64,000 nucleotides of DNA from an uncultured bacterium (lineage in GTDB: Bacteria > Lernaellota > Lernaellaia > JACKCT01). Under the pieces are notes generated by a model. That model searched no databases, was not told the origin of the DNA, and saw only the letters and a list, made by a program, of their open reading frames with translations. This document shows positions 1-10,021 of the stretch, in pieces (the first letter of the stretch is position 1; every line of letters starts with the position of its first letter). Where the stretch lies: positions 4,860 to 68,859 of the forward strand of contig CAZQAE010000012.1 in assembly GCA_964591275.1 (NCBI GenBank). The letters run 5' to 3'. Both the position numbers and the translations under genes were made by a program.

Positions 1-11
1 AAAGGACGGGG

Positions 12-302
12 ATGCAAAAATTCCACGCAAAAGGCCAACTCAGTAATTCAGGCAAGCACATTACTCTTTCGAGGCCGAAATTGACCGGAAACGTATTGTC
101 ATATTTCTCACTAATCAAAGGATTATTAGGTGATTGTCACCAATTTTTAAAGCGAGTCAACATTTCATATAATTACACCCTGAAGCAGGCTACAAGTGAG
201 GATGATTCTCCTTGGGGTAATTGCCCAACAGTTTCGTGGAGCGAGCACTGTAATCCAGATGTTTACCCAGATGGATTCATTGATGTGAGAGATAACACTT
301 GA
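12..302 (+). CDS. hypothetical small protein (low-GC region at window edge)
   Basis: 96 aa ORF that ends 10 nt before the next gene; no recognisable motif; local GC is lower than the rest of the window. Confidence 0.25.
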   Translation: MQKFHAKGQLSNSGKHITLSRPKLTGNVLSYFSLIKGLLGDCHQFLKRVNISYNYTLKQATSEDDSPWGNCPTVSWSEHCNPDVYPDGFIDVRDNT

Positions 303-312
303 GAGGTGTAGA

Positions 313-798
313 ATGATCAGAAAAAATACCCCTTGCATGCTCGTTATTATTTTAATTATTTTCTTGTGCCTATCGTGCTTTCACAAGATTGCTGATGACG
401 ACGACAATGATGACAGCAGCGACAGTTCACAGGATGATGATGCGAGTAGTAATCCTGATAACGATGATGACGAAAGCGATGATGATTTTACCAACTGCCA
501 CGATTATTATTCTTGTGGCTGTAATGATTATGACGATGGATGCGTAAAATATGGTTTTGATCCATGCTATGATATGGGTTGTGATACATACGAATCGTCT
601 ATGGTCGGTGTTTATAGCTGCTCTTCACCTAATCAATTTGTAGAGAATGCGAAAGCGTTTTTGATTTCAAAAGGTATTGAGCCTTGTGGTGAGCTGGCAG
701 TTAGAGCTTGCGGGTATGACCCTGAGCAGCTTTATACTGCTTGTGCGCCGTCCTATGGTTGTATAAGAGCTTGGGACATATGCGAATACTTTGATTAA
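313..798 (+). CDS. secreted Cys-rich acidic lipoprotein-like protein
   Basis: Hydrophobic signal peptide with a lipobox-like LSC, then a long Asp-rich tract (ADDDDNDDSSDSSQDDD...DDDESDDD) and a Cys-rich C-terminal half. Confidence 0.5.
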   Translation: MIRKNTPCMLVIILIIFLCLSCFHKIADDDDNDDSSDSSQDDDASSNPDNDDDESDDDFTNCHDYYSCGCNDYDDGCVKYGFDPCYDMGCDTYESSMVGVYSCSSPNQFVENAKAFLISKGIEPCGELAVRACGYDPEQLYTACAPSYGCIRAWDICEYFD

Positions 799-1122
799 AA
801 GAATTCATGACAGCGGAACTGTTGAAAAAGTTCTATTTCCATCGAGCCCTGTTTTGCTCCATTAAGCATATCGAAATTCCCATCCCGTATTGAAAACCAT
901 CAAAATTCTCCCACGGACCTACGCGAAAAGATCTATCGAACCGGCAACTCAATTTCCTTAACCTTTTAGGAAAATTCCTCTTCAATCAAAGCAATCCACA
1001 CTTAACAACGCTATCGTCATCGTCGTGGTAACCTAAGAAAAGTTTTGTAAATTTGAAAAGACCCCTGATCTGGTGATGATTGGATTTTGTAAATCAACAT
1101 CAGGCTTTGAGCGAATCCAACA

Positions 1123-2454
1123 TCACAGCAGATTCGCCGCCAGTTCCGCCAGTCCCGAGCGTTCACCTTTATAGAGCGAAACGTGTCCGGAGATTTCCTG
1201 CCCTTTGAGTTTCTCCACAACGTAGGACAGGCCATTGGAGGATGAATCCAGGTAGGGATTGTCGATCTGGTAGGGATCGCCCGTCAAAACGACCTTTGTT
1301 CCTTCGCCGGTGCGCGTGATAACGGTCTTGACCTCGTGCGGCGTGAGGTTCTGCGCCTCGTCGATGATAAGGAACTGGTGGGGGATCGAGCGCCCTCGAA
1401 TGAAAGTCAGGGCTTCCATTTGGATGACTTCCTTATTTTCCAGGTCGGTGAGCCTCGTATACTGGGCCGCCTTGTCGTTGGGGTTGCTGAGCAAAAATTC
1501 CAGGTTGTCATAGATGGGCTGCATCCAGGGCCTAAGCTTCTCATCGATGCTGCCGGGCAAAAAACCCACGTCCCGGCCCATGGGAACAATGGGACGCGAG
1601 ATGAGAATGCGCTGATAAACTTCGTCTTTCACGACCTTTTCCAAAGCCGCGGCCAGGGCCAGAAGCGTCTTGCCCGTTCCCGCTTTTCCCACCAGAGTCA
1701 CCAGTTTCAGGTCATCATCGAGGAGAATATCCAGCGCGAAGCGTTGCTCCCGATTGCGCGGCTTTAGGGAGAACACTGAGCCTTTAAGTTTCTTGACGAC
1801 CTGCACGGATTTCCCATTTTTCAACCGGCAAAGGGCCGTGTGGTTCGGATTGCCCTCGTCGATCAGCGTGAGAAACTGATTGGGATACAGGGTTTCCTCC
1901 GAGCTTTCGATTTCCACGGTCCCTTCGGCGTAGAGTTCGTCGATAAGTTCTCCGGGCACTTCAAATTCTGAAGCGCCGCTGTACAACTCCTCAATATCGA
2001 CCTTAGCGTTTTCAAAATCCTCGGCTTCCAGGTCCAGGGCGTCGGCCTTGATGCGCAGGTTCGTGTCTTGCGTGACAAGGATTGTGCGGGCGCCTGGATT
2101 TTCCTTCTGGATGCGCAAAGCAACGCCCAGAATGCGATTGTCATTATTATTGTTGAAAAGTATGCCGCCCAGCGTTCCGCTGTCCTCCCAGTCCAAAACG
2201 ATGCGAAGTGAACCGCCGCCGGGAAGATCAACGCCCTTGTTCAGTTTTCCGCCCTTTCGCAGATCATCGAGGATACGGCTGACCGCGCGAGCGTTTCGCC
2301 CGATCTCGGACAATTCTTTTTTGAAACGATCAATTTCCTCGATCACGATGATCGGGAGGATTATCTGGTTGTCCTCGAAAAGGAAAATTGCTTTTGGATT
2401 GTGCAAAAGGACGTTGGTATCCAGGACAAAAAACTTTGGCCGGCCTTTGGGCAT
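1123..2454 (-). CDS. PhoH2-type ATPase (N-terminal PIN domain + PhoH ATPase)
   Basis: N-terminus FFVLDTNVLLHNP is PIN-like; Walker A GKAGTGKTLLALAAAL followed by PhoH-like ATPase body. The probable start is the internal ATG (MPKGRPKFFVLDTNV) preceded by GAGGG. Confidence 0.8.
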   Translation of the reverse strand: MPKGRPKFFVLDTNVLLHNPKAIFLFEDNQIILPIIVIEEIDRFKKELSEIGRNARAVSRILDDLRKGGKLNKGVDLPGGGSLRIVLDWEDSGTLGGILFNNNNDNRILGVALRIQKENPGARTILVTQDTNLRIKADALDLEAEDFENAKVDIEELYSGASEFEVPGELIDELYAEGTVEIESSEETLYPNQFLTLIDEGNPNHTALCRLKNGKSVQVVKKLKGSVFSLKPRNREQRFALDILLDDDLKLVTLVGKAGTGKTLLALAAALEKVVKDEVYQRILISRPIVPMGRDVGFLPGSIDEKLRPWMQPIYDNLEFLLSNPNDKAAQYTRLTDLENKEVIQMEALTFIRGRSIPHQFLIIDEAQNLTPHEVKTVITRTGEGTKVVLTGDPYQIDNPYLDSSSNGLSYVVEKLKGQEISGHVSLYKGERSGLAELAANLL

Positions 2455-2728
2455 TGGAAATCCCTCGTGGGAAAAAGAAAATGTGGAATGGAGTGTTTTC
2501 TGATTGGCGATGGCAGGCGGAATCGTTGGTTCAAGATAATCCTTGAAATGCGTGTAAATGGCGCTCAATGCTTAAGAGCGTCTGTTCTCCTGCTTTCATT
2601 TTTATACAAGAGTACAACGGGGATCAAGGAAAAATTTTCCATGTTCGTCAAAACATCCGACTGGTCTTATAGGTTTTCAAGGGTTTTAGGGACTGGACTC
2701 CAAGCATAAAATGATCGCGCCCGCGATT

Positions 2729-3304
2729 TCACTTCAGCGGATGATCCACCAGTTCGGTGGTAGCCTCGCGAAGGCCGATGGCGAGCGCGCGTCTGTTTAG
2801 TTCCAGGAAGCTCTTCGGGACGCGTTTCATCACCGCTTGCTCCAGGGACATGCGGGACACGACTTCGGTGATTCCCGCCAGGGCGCCGAGGGCCACCATA
2901 TTGGCCACGACGATTTTGCCCAGTTCATCGCGCGCGATCTGCGTGAAGGGGATGTTAAAGCGTTGATATCGCCCTTCGGGCACATCACCCACGAAGGTGC
3001 TGTCGGTGATGAGAATGCCGCCTTTTTTCAGGTCGGGAGCGAATGTTATCGCGGCTTTCTGGCTCATGGCCAGCAGGATGTCAGGCTCCTCCACCTTGGG
3101 ATAATCAATGTCGTCATCGGAGATTATCACTTCGCACTTCACCGCGCCGCCGCGGGCTTCGGGTCCGTAGGTCTGTGTTTGAATGGCGTTTTTGTCATCG
3201 AAGACTATGGCGGCCTCAGCCAGAATTATGCCCACCAGAATTACGCCCTGGCCGCCGGTGCCCGAGAGCCGAATGCCGATTTCGTTGTTGTTGTGAACCG
3301 TCAT
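2729..3304 (-). CDS. 2-oxoacid:ferredoxin oxidoreductase, gamma subunit
   Basis: IRLSGTGGQGVILVGIILAEAA is the typical Por/Vor/Kor gamma N-terminus; 4 bp overlap with the beta gene. Confidence 0.8.
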   Translation of the reverse strand: MTVHNNNEIGIRLSGTGGQGVILVGIILAEAAIVFDDKNAIQTQTYGPEARGGAVKCEVIISDDDIDYPKVEEPDILLAMSQKAAITFAPDLKKGGILITDSTFVGDVPEGRYQRFNIPFTQIARDELGKIVVANMVALGALAGITEVVSRMSLEQAVMKRVPKSFLELNRRALAIGLREATTELVDHPLK

Positions 3305-4125
3305 TTATTAAGTTCCTTCATGGCTCGTTCCTTGATCAACTGGAGTTCATCCACGAACTCGGGCCGGGACTCCTCGTGAAAAACCCCAATGGGGATGACG
3401 TCTTTCTTCTCGTCGTCGCTGAGTTTTTTGTATTGTTCGTATTTTACGCATTTTTTCTTATAAACATCCAGCATATCCACTGGGCTCTTGAAGGAATTTT
3501 TGCGGCCATATGCCGTCCAGCAGTCGCCGGCTACGTCCACCACGGAAAAGCCCTTGTGCGTGAAGGCCTGTGTGAAGATTTTGTCCATCTGCATCACGTG
3601 ATAGGCGGTGGTGCGCGCAACAAATGTAGCGCCGGCGGCCACGCCCACCGCCACGGGGTCAAGCTCGTTTTCCACGTTGCCGTAGGGTCCCGTGGAGGTA
3701 AAGCTCCCGAAGGGCGTCGTCGGCGAGGTCTGCCCGCCGGTCATGCCGTAAGTTTTGTTGTTGAAGATGATCAGGTTGATGTCGATGTTGCGCCTGCAGG
3801 CATGGAGGAAGTGATTGCCGCCGATGGCCAGAGCGTCGCCGTCGCCGGATACGATGATGACTTTCAAATAGGGTTTGATGACCTTGACGCCCAGCGCGAA
3901 GGCCAGGGCGCGACCATGCGTGGTGTGGAGCGTGTTCGCATCCACGTAGCCGGGCAGGCGGCTGGCGCAGCCGATACCGGACACAATGACCAGATCGTCT
4001 TTTTCCCAGCCCATTTTGTGCACGGCGCGCAAAATTCCCTTGGCGATAATGCCGTGGGAGCATCCAGGGCACCAGATATGGGGAAGTCGATTTTCGCGCA
4101 GATAATAGTTGTAATCGAAAGCCAT
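3301..4125 (-). CDS. 2-oxoacid:ferredoxin oxidoreductase, beta (TPP-binding) subunit
   Basis: N-terminal WCPGCSHGII Cys motif plus a TPP-binding GDG...N region (VSGDGDALAIGGNH). Confidence 0.85.
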   Translation of the reverse strand: MAFDYNYYLRENRLPHIWCPGCSHGIIAKGILRAVHKMGWEKDDLVIVSGIGCASRLPGYVDANTLHTTHGRALAFALGVKVIKPYLKVIIVSGDGDALAIGGNHFLHACRRNIDINLIIFNNKTYGMTGGQTSPTTPFGSFTSTGPYGNVENELDPVAVGVAAGATFVARTTAYHVMQMDKIFTQAFTHKGFSVVDVAGDCWTAYGRKNSFKSPVDMLDVYKKKCVKYEQYKKLSDDEKKDVIPIGVFHEESRPEFVDELQLIKERAMKELNK

Positions 4126-4128
4126 GAT

Positions 4129-5421
4129 TTAAAGGTCCTTCACAATTTTTGTGATCTGCCTGGGTGTGATCAATTCGGAATCGACTCGGTTAAGGCGGAT
4201 GACTCTGCAGCGGTCGCCGGCGGAGCGTTCCACTTGCAGCACCGCTTGCCCCATATTGAGTTCGGGGACGATGATCGTCTTAACCTGTTCGGACAATGCT
4301 CTGATCGCCCGCGTGGGAAAGGGCCACATGGTTTTGAGGCGAAACATGCCTATTTTCCGCCCGGAGTCTCGCAGGCGGTTAACGGCGGCCTTGGCGCTGC
4401 GCGCGGTTATTCCGTAAGCGACGATGGCGATCTCGGCGTCGTCGAGGAAATACTGCTCCCATTTGACGATCACGTTGAAAGCGCGGTTGATCTTTCTGTG
4501 CAGTCGGACGAGTTCATGTTCAATGACGGGTGGATCGCCGGTGGGAAAGCCGGTTTCGTCGTGAGCCAGGCCGGTGACGTGATAGCGATAACCCTCGCCG
4601 AAGTTGGGCATGATGGGAATGTCCGAGCGGGGAGTCTGGTAGGCCGAGTATTCGCCCGTGTGCCGTCTCGGGCGGCGTCGGCCCTGCACGTTGACCGTCG
4701 CGGGCTTTGGCAGAAACAGTCGCTCGCGCATGTGGGCGATGGCTTCATCGGCCAGCAGGATAACGGGCGTGCGGAATCGCTCGGCGATTCGGAAGGCGGC
4801 AATGGTCTCCCAAAACATCTCCTCTACGCTGTCGGGGGTTAATACCACGATGGGATGATCGCCGTGCGTTCCCCATCTGGCCTGCATGACGTCGCCCTGG
4901 GATGCTTTTGTCGGCACTCCCGTGGAAGGTCCGCCGCGCATCACATTGACGATGACGCACGGGATTTCGGCGATGCAGGCGTAGCCGATGTTTTCCTGCT
5001 TTAAGGAAAAACCGGGGCCGCTGGTGGCCGTCATAACCTTTGCTCCGGCGAGGGATGCGCCGAGGATGGCGCCCATGGATGCGATCTCGTCTTCCATCTG
5101 TATAAAGTAACCTCCCAACTGCGGAAGGCGCCGGGCCAGATGCTCGGCGATCTCAGAGGAGGGCGTAATGGGGTATCCGGCGAAAAATCGGCATCCGGCA
5201 TAGAGCGCCGCTTCTGCCACAGCCTCGTTGCCGCTCATCAGCCGCAGTCCTGATTTGAACGCCGCCTTGGGAAAGGTCGGATTGACGATTGTGGCGACTT
5301 TTTCGTCGGCAAGCTTTTCCTGCTGATTATTGCTGTTTTCATTGCCGTTGCCGTTTCCATTGCCGTTTCCATTGCCGTTTCCATTGCCGTTGAGTTTGCC
5401 GTTGCCATTGTGGTTCTTCAT
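4129..5421 (-). CDS. 2-oxoacid:ferredoxin oxidoreductase, alpha subunit, with N-terminal (NG)n repeat extension
   Basis: MSGNEAVAEAALYAGCRFFAGYPITPSSEI matches the alpha-subunit N-terminal domain. The real start is the ATG at 5421, which overlaps the delta stop as ATGA. Residues 5-30 are NGNGNGNGNGNGNGN. Confidence 0.85.
   Translation of the reverse strand: MKNHNGNGKLNGNGNGNGNGNGNGNGNENSNNQQEKLADEKVATIVNPTFPKAAFKSGLRLMSGNEAVAEAALYAGCRFFAGYPITPSSEIAEHLARRLPQLGGYFIQMEDEIASMGAILGASLAGAKVMTATSGPGFSLKQENIGYACIAEIPCVIVNVMRGGPSTGVPTKASQGDVMQARWGTHGDHPIVVLTPDSVEEMFWETIAAFRIAERFRTPVILLADEAIAHMRERLFLPKPATVNVQGRRRPRRHTGEYSAYQTPRSDIPIMPNFGEGYRYHVTGLAHDETGFPTGDPPVIEHELVRLHRKINRAFNVIVKWEQYFLDDAEIAIVAYGITARSAKAAVNRLRDSGRKIGMFRLKTMWPFPTRAIRALSEQVKTIIVPELNMGQAVLQVERSAGDRCRVIRLNRVDSELITPRQITKIVKDL
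5341..5410. repeat. 12 bp tandem repeat (ATTGCCGTTTCC x about 5.5) encoding the (NG)n tract
   Basis: attgccgttgcc gtttccattgcc gtttccattgcc gtttccattgcc ... read directly in sequence; the unit is a multiple of 3, so it stays in frame. Confidence 0.8.
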
Positions 5422-5702
5422 TCTTCGATCTCCCCTATCCAAATCGCGAAATCCGGGCAAAGCAATTCGCACAACGCGCAGCCTGTGCAGCTTTCGGCAT
5501 CGACTACCACAACCTTGCTTTTTTCCAGGGCGAGGCAGTTTTTCGGGCAGGCATGAACGCAGATGTTGCAACCTTTGCAAAACTCCACGCGGATATGAAT
5601 CTCGGGCGGCAACTTGGCTTTCTTCGGCTTCGAATCGCCCGAATCGGGATTGCCGGCGGGTTTGCCGGCCGCCGCTTTTTTCACTGCTTGTTCTTCACTC
5701 AT
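5418..5702 (-). CDS. 2-oxoacid:ferredoxin oxidoreductase, delta subunit (2x[4Fe-4S] ferredoxin)
   Basis: Two CxxCxxCxxxCP motifs: CKGCNICVHACP and CTGCALCELLCP. Confidence 0.8.
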   Translation of the reverse strand: MSEEQAVKKAAAGKPAGNPDSGDSKPKKAKLPPEIHIRVEFCKGCNICVHACPKNCLALEKSKVVVVDAESCTGCALCELLCPDFAIWIGEIEE

Positions 5703-6024
5703 GTAATGGGTCCTTGTGAAATGGAAAACAAATGAAAAATCGAAGCGCCTTTACTTCATAATGTGTTTCGGAATTGGCGAAATTTGTTGGGGAACGGAAA
5801 CATTCTCGCGAACACGAGCGTCGCTCACGTAATCCGGTCAACGGCTTGTGGGAAGCAATCATGCTTTTTGCCGCCGGTAGCATTTGTTGGTGGCCCGATA
5901 CTCCGACCCCTTCGCGCACGAATTATAGGCCCTGTTTTTGAATTGGCAACCCGGATAAAACCGGTACAAAAAATAAAAGCGGGTCATATTGTCGCAACCT
6001 CTAAAAATACTATTGGCATTTCAA

Positions 6025-8442
6025 TTAATTATCTGAATCAAAAATCATTTCCACGACCGTGGCGCCGTCGCCGCCTTCGCCTCGCTCACCGGGCCGAAAG
6101 GATATTTCCCAAGGTGTTTCGGCGAGCTGTTTGCGCACTTCCTTTTTCAAAACGCCCGTGCCGTGGCCGTGGATGATGAAAACCTTTTCCCAGCGTTTGC
6201 GAAAGCTCATGTCGAGAAAGTCGCGAACCTGGTCCAAAGCGTCGTCGGCTCGTTGGCCGCGCAGGTCAAGGCTTCTGGCCGACAAACCAGTGGATTCGGT
6301 CGCCTCGTGGCTTTCTTGAAATTCGATTTTTGCCACGAATTTTTTTGCCGGTCTATCGCGCCGCACAAAGACATCCGCGCTGTCCATGGTCACGCGCATG
6401 CCTCCGACGATGACAATCACCTGCCCCTTGTCATTGGGGCCTGTCTCCAGCGCGGCATCGCTTTTCATGGAGCTTATGTATACGGAGGCGCCCTTTTTCA
6501 TCCGCGACCAGTCGCGAATCGGGGCGAGGGGAGGCCCGGTTTTTTTCTTTTCCGGCTCGGGCGTCGTACTTTTTACCTCTTCGACCACCCTGGCAATTGC
6601 CTCCCTGGTCACAATGGATTTCTTTTTGGACGGTCTTAATTTGACGGAGGCCACCGCCGTTTGGATTTCCTGGCGCGCCGCGTGATATTCGGCCTGAACC
6701 TTGACCATTTCCTTTTGCGCCACGCGTTCCTTGCGCCGCTCCAGATCGCGAACGATGTCCCGCTGTTTTTCCACCAGAGCCTGCGCTTCTCGTTTGGCCT
6801 CCTGCGCTTCACGCAGGCGAGCCGAAAGTTCCTGGTGCGTTTGATCGAGGCGATCCATCACTTCGTCAAGCTCTGAGCCAACGCCCTCGTAAAGCTCACG
6901 CGCCCGCTCAATAATTGACGAATCCAGTCCCATGCGCATTGCCACGTCAAAGGCTCCCGAACGCCCCGCAATGCCGATGCGTAGGCGATACGTTGGAAGC
7001 ATCTTCTCGCGGTCGAACTCCATGGAGGCATTCAAAAATCCCTGCCGGTTTGCCGCCATAGCCGCCAGTTCGGAAAAATGCGTGGTGACCAGAGTCCGCG
7101 CTTTCATGGCGGACATGCGTTCCAGAAATGCCGTGGAAAGAGCGATGCCCTGCCTGGGGTCGGTGCCTGAGCCGATTTCGTCCAGCAGGACCAGGCAACG
7201 CCCGTCGAGGTTTTCCATGATTCGCTTCAGAGCCGCGATGCGCGCCGCGAAGCTGGAAAGCCCCAGCTCAATGGACTGCGCGTCGCCGATCTCGGCGAAT
7301 ATACGATGGAAAAAAGCGACGACGGAATCCGGTCCGACCGGCGGGTGAAGTCCTGCCCGCGCCATGAGCGCGCAAAGTCCCACCGATTTGAGCAGGACCG
7401 TCTTGCCGCCGGCGTTCGGACCGGTGATCAAAAGGCACGACACCTCTGGATCGATCTGCACCGTATTGGGAATCACATCAATATCCTGCTGCGCCAACAA
7501 GGGATGGCGCAGGTCTTTGAGCAGCATTGCGCCGGTCTCATTGATTTCGGGTTCATGCGCGCCCAGGAAATCCGCGTAGCGGGCTCTGGCCAGCGCCAAG
7601 TCCACTTCCACCAGGGCCGCCACCGTGCGGCGCAACGCCGGACCGATCTTCGTGACGCGCAGGGAAAAGCCGGCGAGGATGCGATGGATCTCACGATCGA
7701 TTTCCAGTTCCGTGGCACGCAGTACGTTGTTGAGCTGCGTGATCTCCTTGGGCTCAATGTATAGCGACTGGCTGGTGGCGGAGATGTCATGAACGATGCC
7801 GTCCACCTTGCTCTGCTTTTCGATGCGAACCAGGAGAACGTAACGACCATTACGCATCGTGAAAAAATCGTCTTGCAGATACTCGGCCAGTTCCGGCTTG
7901 CCGGTCATGGTTTTCATGGTTTCGTAAATGCGACTGTGCGCCTTCTTATAGCGCCGACGCAATTCGGCCAGCTTGGGTGAAGCCGAATCGTTGACGGCGC
8001 CGTCCGGGTCGATGGCGGATTTGATCGACCTTTCCAGGCCTTCGTCTTCGTGCATACGCGCGGTGGGCTGCGCCAGAACGGGATAATCTTCCCATCGCGA
8101 CATCAAAATCAATCTGGTTTTGCGGGAAGCCGTGAGCACAGCCGCCACGCGCAGCAGTTCTTCAGGCGACAGGACGGCCTGCATCGCGGCGCGCGCAAGC
8201 TCGGCTTTCAAATCAACGACATCCAAAAGCGCCGGTTCGTCGCCCTCGATGATTAAGCGGCGTGCTTCGGAAGTTTGTTGTAAAGCCTTGCGCGCGGCAT
8301 CGGCGCTTTCGTGAAAGGCAAGTTTACGGGCCGCTTCGATTCCCACTTCGCTGGACGCAAATTCGGACAGCTTTTCCAGCACCTTCGACCATTCCAGCTT
8401 CGAAGCTGCCACATCCAGTATTTGTGTCTCTTGATTCATCAT
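6025..8442 (-). CDS. mutS2: endonuclease MutS2 (MutS domains + C-terminal Smr)
   Basis: Walker A ITGPNAGGKTVLLKSVGL with a MutS domain V; C-terminal Smr domain (KVFIIHGHGTGVLKKEVRK); 805 aa. Confidence 0.9.
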   Translation of the reverse strand: MMNQETQILDVAASKLEWSKVLEKLSEFASSEVGIEAARKLAFHESADAARKALQQTSEARRLIIEGDEPALLDVVDLKAELARAAMQAVLSPEELLRVAAVLTASRKTRLILMSRWEDYPVLAQPTARMHEDEGLERSIKSAIDPDGAVNDSASPKLAELRRRYKKAHSRIYETMKTMTGKPELAEYLQDDFFTMRNGRYVLLVRIEKQSKVDGIVHDISATSQSLYIEPKEITQLNNVLRATELEIDREIHRILAGFSLRVTKIGPALRRTVAALVEVDLALARARYADFLGAHEPEINETGAMLLKDLRHPLLAQQDIDVIPNTVQIDPEVSCLLITGPNAGGKTVLLKSVGLCALMARAGLHPPVGPDSVVAFFHRIFAEIGDAQSIELGLSSFAARIAALKRIMENLDGRCLVLLDEIGSGTDPRQGIALSTAFLERMSAMKARTLVTTHFSELAAMAANRQGFLNASMEFDREKMLPTYRLRIGIAGRSGAFDVAMRMGLDSSIIERARELYEGVGSELDEVMDRLDQTHQELSARLREAQEAKREAQALVEKQRDIVRDLERRKERVAQKEMVKVQAEYHAARQEIQTAVASVKLRPSKKKSIVTREAIARVVEEVKSTTPEPEKKKTGPPLAPIRDWSRMKKGASVYISSMKSDAALETGPNDKGQVIVIVGGMRVTMDSADVFVRRDRPAKKFVAKIEFQESHEATESTGLSARSLDLRGQRADDALDQVRDFLDMSFRKRWEKVFIIHGHGTGVLKKEVRKQLAETPWEISFRPGERGEGGDGATVVEMIFDSDN

Positions 8443-8595
8443 TTTTCACTCCATCGGCGGGCAAGAATATTCCCCGCGCGACGATTGTCAAGAGCTGTTT
8501 TTCACAAAATATTCAGAGGCTTGGATGACAGGGGAACTGACCGGCTCCCAATGCTTGTCCACCAGCGATTGTGCTTTTAGCAAAATCACACCGCT

Positions 8596-8935
8596 CCGAG
8601 ATATTTGGGGTCGTCCAGTCCCAAAAACTGCCTGCCTAAGAATGTAGGAGCGGTTTCCAAACGCAATTGTGGCACAGTCGTCCTCGGCTATGAATGTAGG
8701 AGAGGCATTCCTGCCTCGACCAAACAGTCATGACAAGAATGTCGTTCCCGCAACGCCCCCCCCCCAACTGGTCTGCGTGCGTGCGTAAACTGATGAAGAA
8801 TGCCAAAAAAATGGCGACACAATATTTGGGGACGTCCATTAGTTTGGTTATTTGCTGAGCGAAAGTTTTTGGGTTTTGCCGATGGAGTTTCATAAGCGGA
8901 CAATTAGTGGAATTGAATGTCCCCAAATATCTCGG
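8596..8935. repeat. MITE-like composite repeat region bounded by 15 bp perfect inverted repeats (CCGAGATATTTGGGG)
   Basis: ccgagatatttgggg at 8596-8610 and its reverse complement at 8921-8935; an internal direct copy aatatttggggacgtcc at 8821-8837. The region also carries a copy of the palindromic family-1 element (8692-8750). It is non-coding, between the GT2 stop and the mutS2 start. Confidence 0.45.
8692..8750. repeat. palindromic dispersed repeat family 1, copy A (GAATGTAGGAGnG...GACAAGAATGTCGTTCC)
   Basis: gaatgtaggagaggcattcctgcctcgacc + aaaca + gtcatgacaagaatgtcgttcc; a truncated left arm also lies at 8639-8664. Confidence 0.55.
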
Positions 8936-9016
8936 CGTTTTAAAAACCCGTGACAGCGGGGTTGCCTGAAAAAGCATCGCAGTTATCAATTCCACGCCGC
9001 AAGCAGGTCTATCACA

Positions 9017-10018
9017 TCACCAGCAAATCAGAATATCTTTTCCTTCGCAGAATCCAAGGCTCTGAGCCGTATCTCGTATTTCCTCCCGGGCGCCGCGTGA
9101 GCCGACGTAGGCGAGCATGAGCCAGGGGGCGGGGCGGGGGATTTGCTCCGGGCGGATGACCGGGCGGCCATGGATTATTTTACCGATTTTGCGTGGATCG
9201 ATGTCCACGTAACACACAATGTCGATGCCCTCCGTCACAAGATGCTCGGCGCGCTTGCGCGTGGTGCGTCCAGCGCCCCAGACGCACACTTCCTTTTTAT
9301 CCGCCAGCGGCCCCCGCGCCAGGTGATGCGCTTTGCACCTCGCAAAAGCGTCGGCGTCGTATCGCGGATCGACGCGGGACAGCCGCTTTGGCAAATCCCG
9401 CCATCCGAGCAGAATCTCCGGGACCTTGGCAAAACGTACGCCGGCGCGGTGCATGCTCAAAATCAGATCGTAATCCTCGGGCCAGCCCATCTCGCGGTAG
9501 CCTCCGGCCTTTTCGTAAACCTCGCGCCGCATCATCCACGTTGGATGCGCCAGCGGGCATTCCGCCCAAATGTCGCGGGCAATATCTTCCGGCTCAGTCA
9601 GCGTGTTTTGCCACTGGATATAATGCGCCCATCCCCCGGCGAAGCTTTTTTTGTCCAGCGGGCCGACCTGGCAGGACGCCAGACCGATTTCCGGCCTTTG
9701 CGTTAAAAGCGCCAGTTGTGTTTTCAGGCGATGCGGCGGGCAGGCGTCGTCGGCGTCCATGCGCGCGATGATCTCGCCGCGCGCCGTTTCGATTCCCGCC
9801 CGTAGCGTCGCGACAATGCCCCCATGCTCTCGGCGCACGGCGCGCACGCGCGCGTCTCGCTTCGCGTATGCATCGATAATGCTCCACGATCCGTCAGAGC
9901 TTCCGTCATCCACCGCGATGATCTCGAAATCGACATCTATCTGCGTGATGAGGTCGTCCAGTGCGCGGTGAAGCGTGGACTCGGCGTTGAATACAGGCAG
10001 GATGACGGAGATCAGCAT
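9017..10018 (-). CDS. family 2 glycosyltransferase with C-terminal extension
   Basis: VILPVFNAE...IIAVDDGSSDGS is a GT2 DXD-type N-terminus; ends 3 nt before the upstream cytidylyltransferase gene. Confidence 0.75.
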   Translation of the reverse strand: MLISVILPVFNAESTLHRALDDLITQIDVDFEIIAVDDGSSDGSWSIIDAYAKRDARVRAVRREHGGIVATLRAGIETARGEIIARMDADDACPPHRLKTQLALLTQRPEIGLASCQVGPLDKKSFAGGWAHYIQWQNTLTEPEDIARDIWAECPLAHPTWMMRREVYEKAGGYREMGWPEDYDLILSMHRAGVRFAKVPEILLGWRDLPKRLSRVDPRYDADAFARCKAHHLARGPLADKKEVCVWGAGRTTRKRAEHLVTEGIDIVCYVDIDPRKIGKIIHGRPVIRPEQIPRPAPWLMLAYVGSRGAREEIRDTAQSLGFCEGKDILICW

Positions 10019-10021
10019 CGT

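Noticed and set aside
3043-4842. 599 aa ORF on the plus strand
   Set aside because: It lies antisense to the OFOR alpha and beta genes. Its Arg/Gly/Ala-rich translation is typical of a reverse-strand artefact in high-GC coding DNA, and the opposite-strand genes carry clear conserved motifs.
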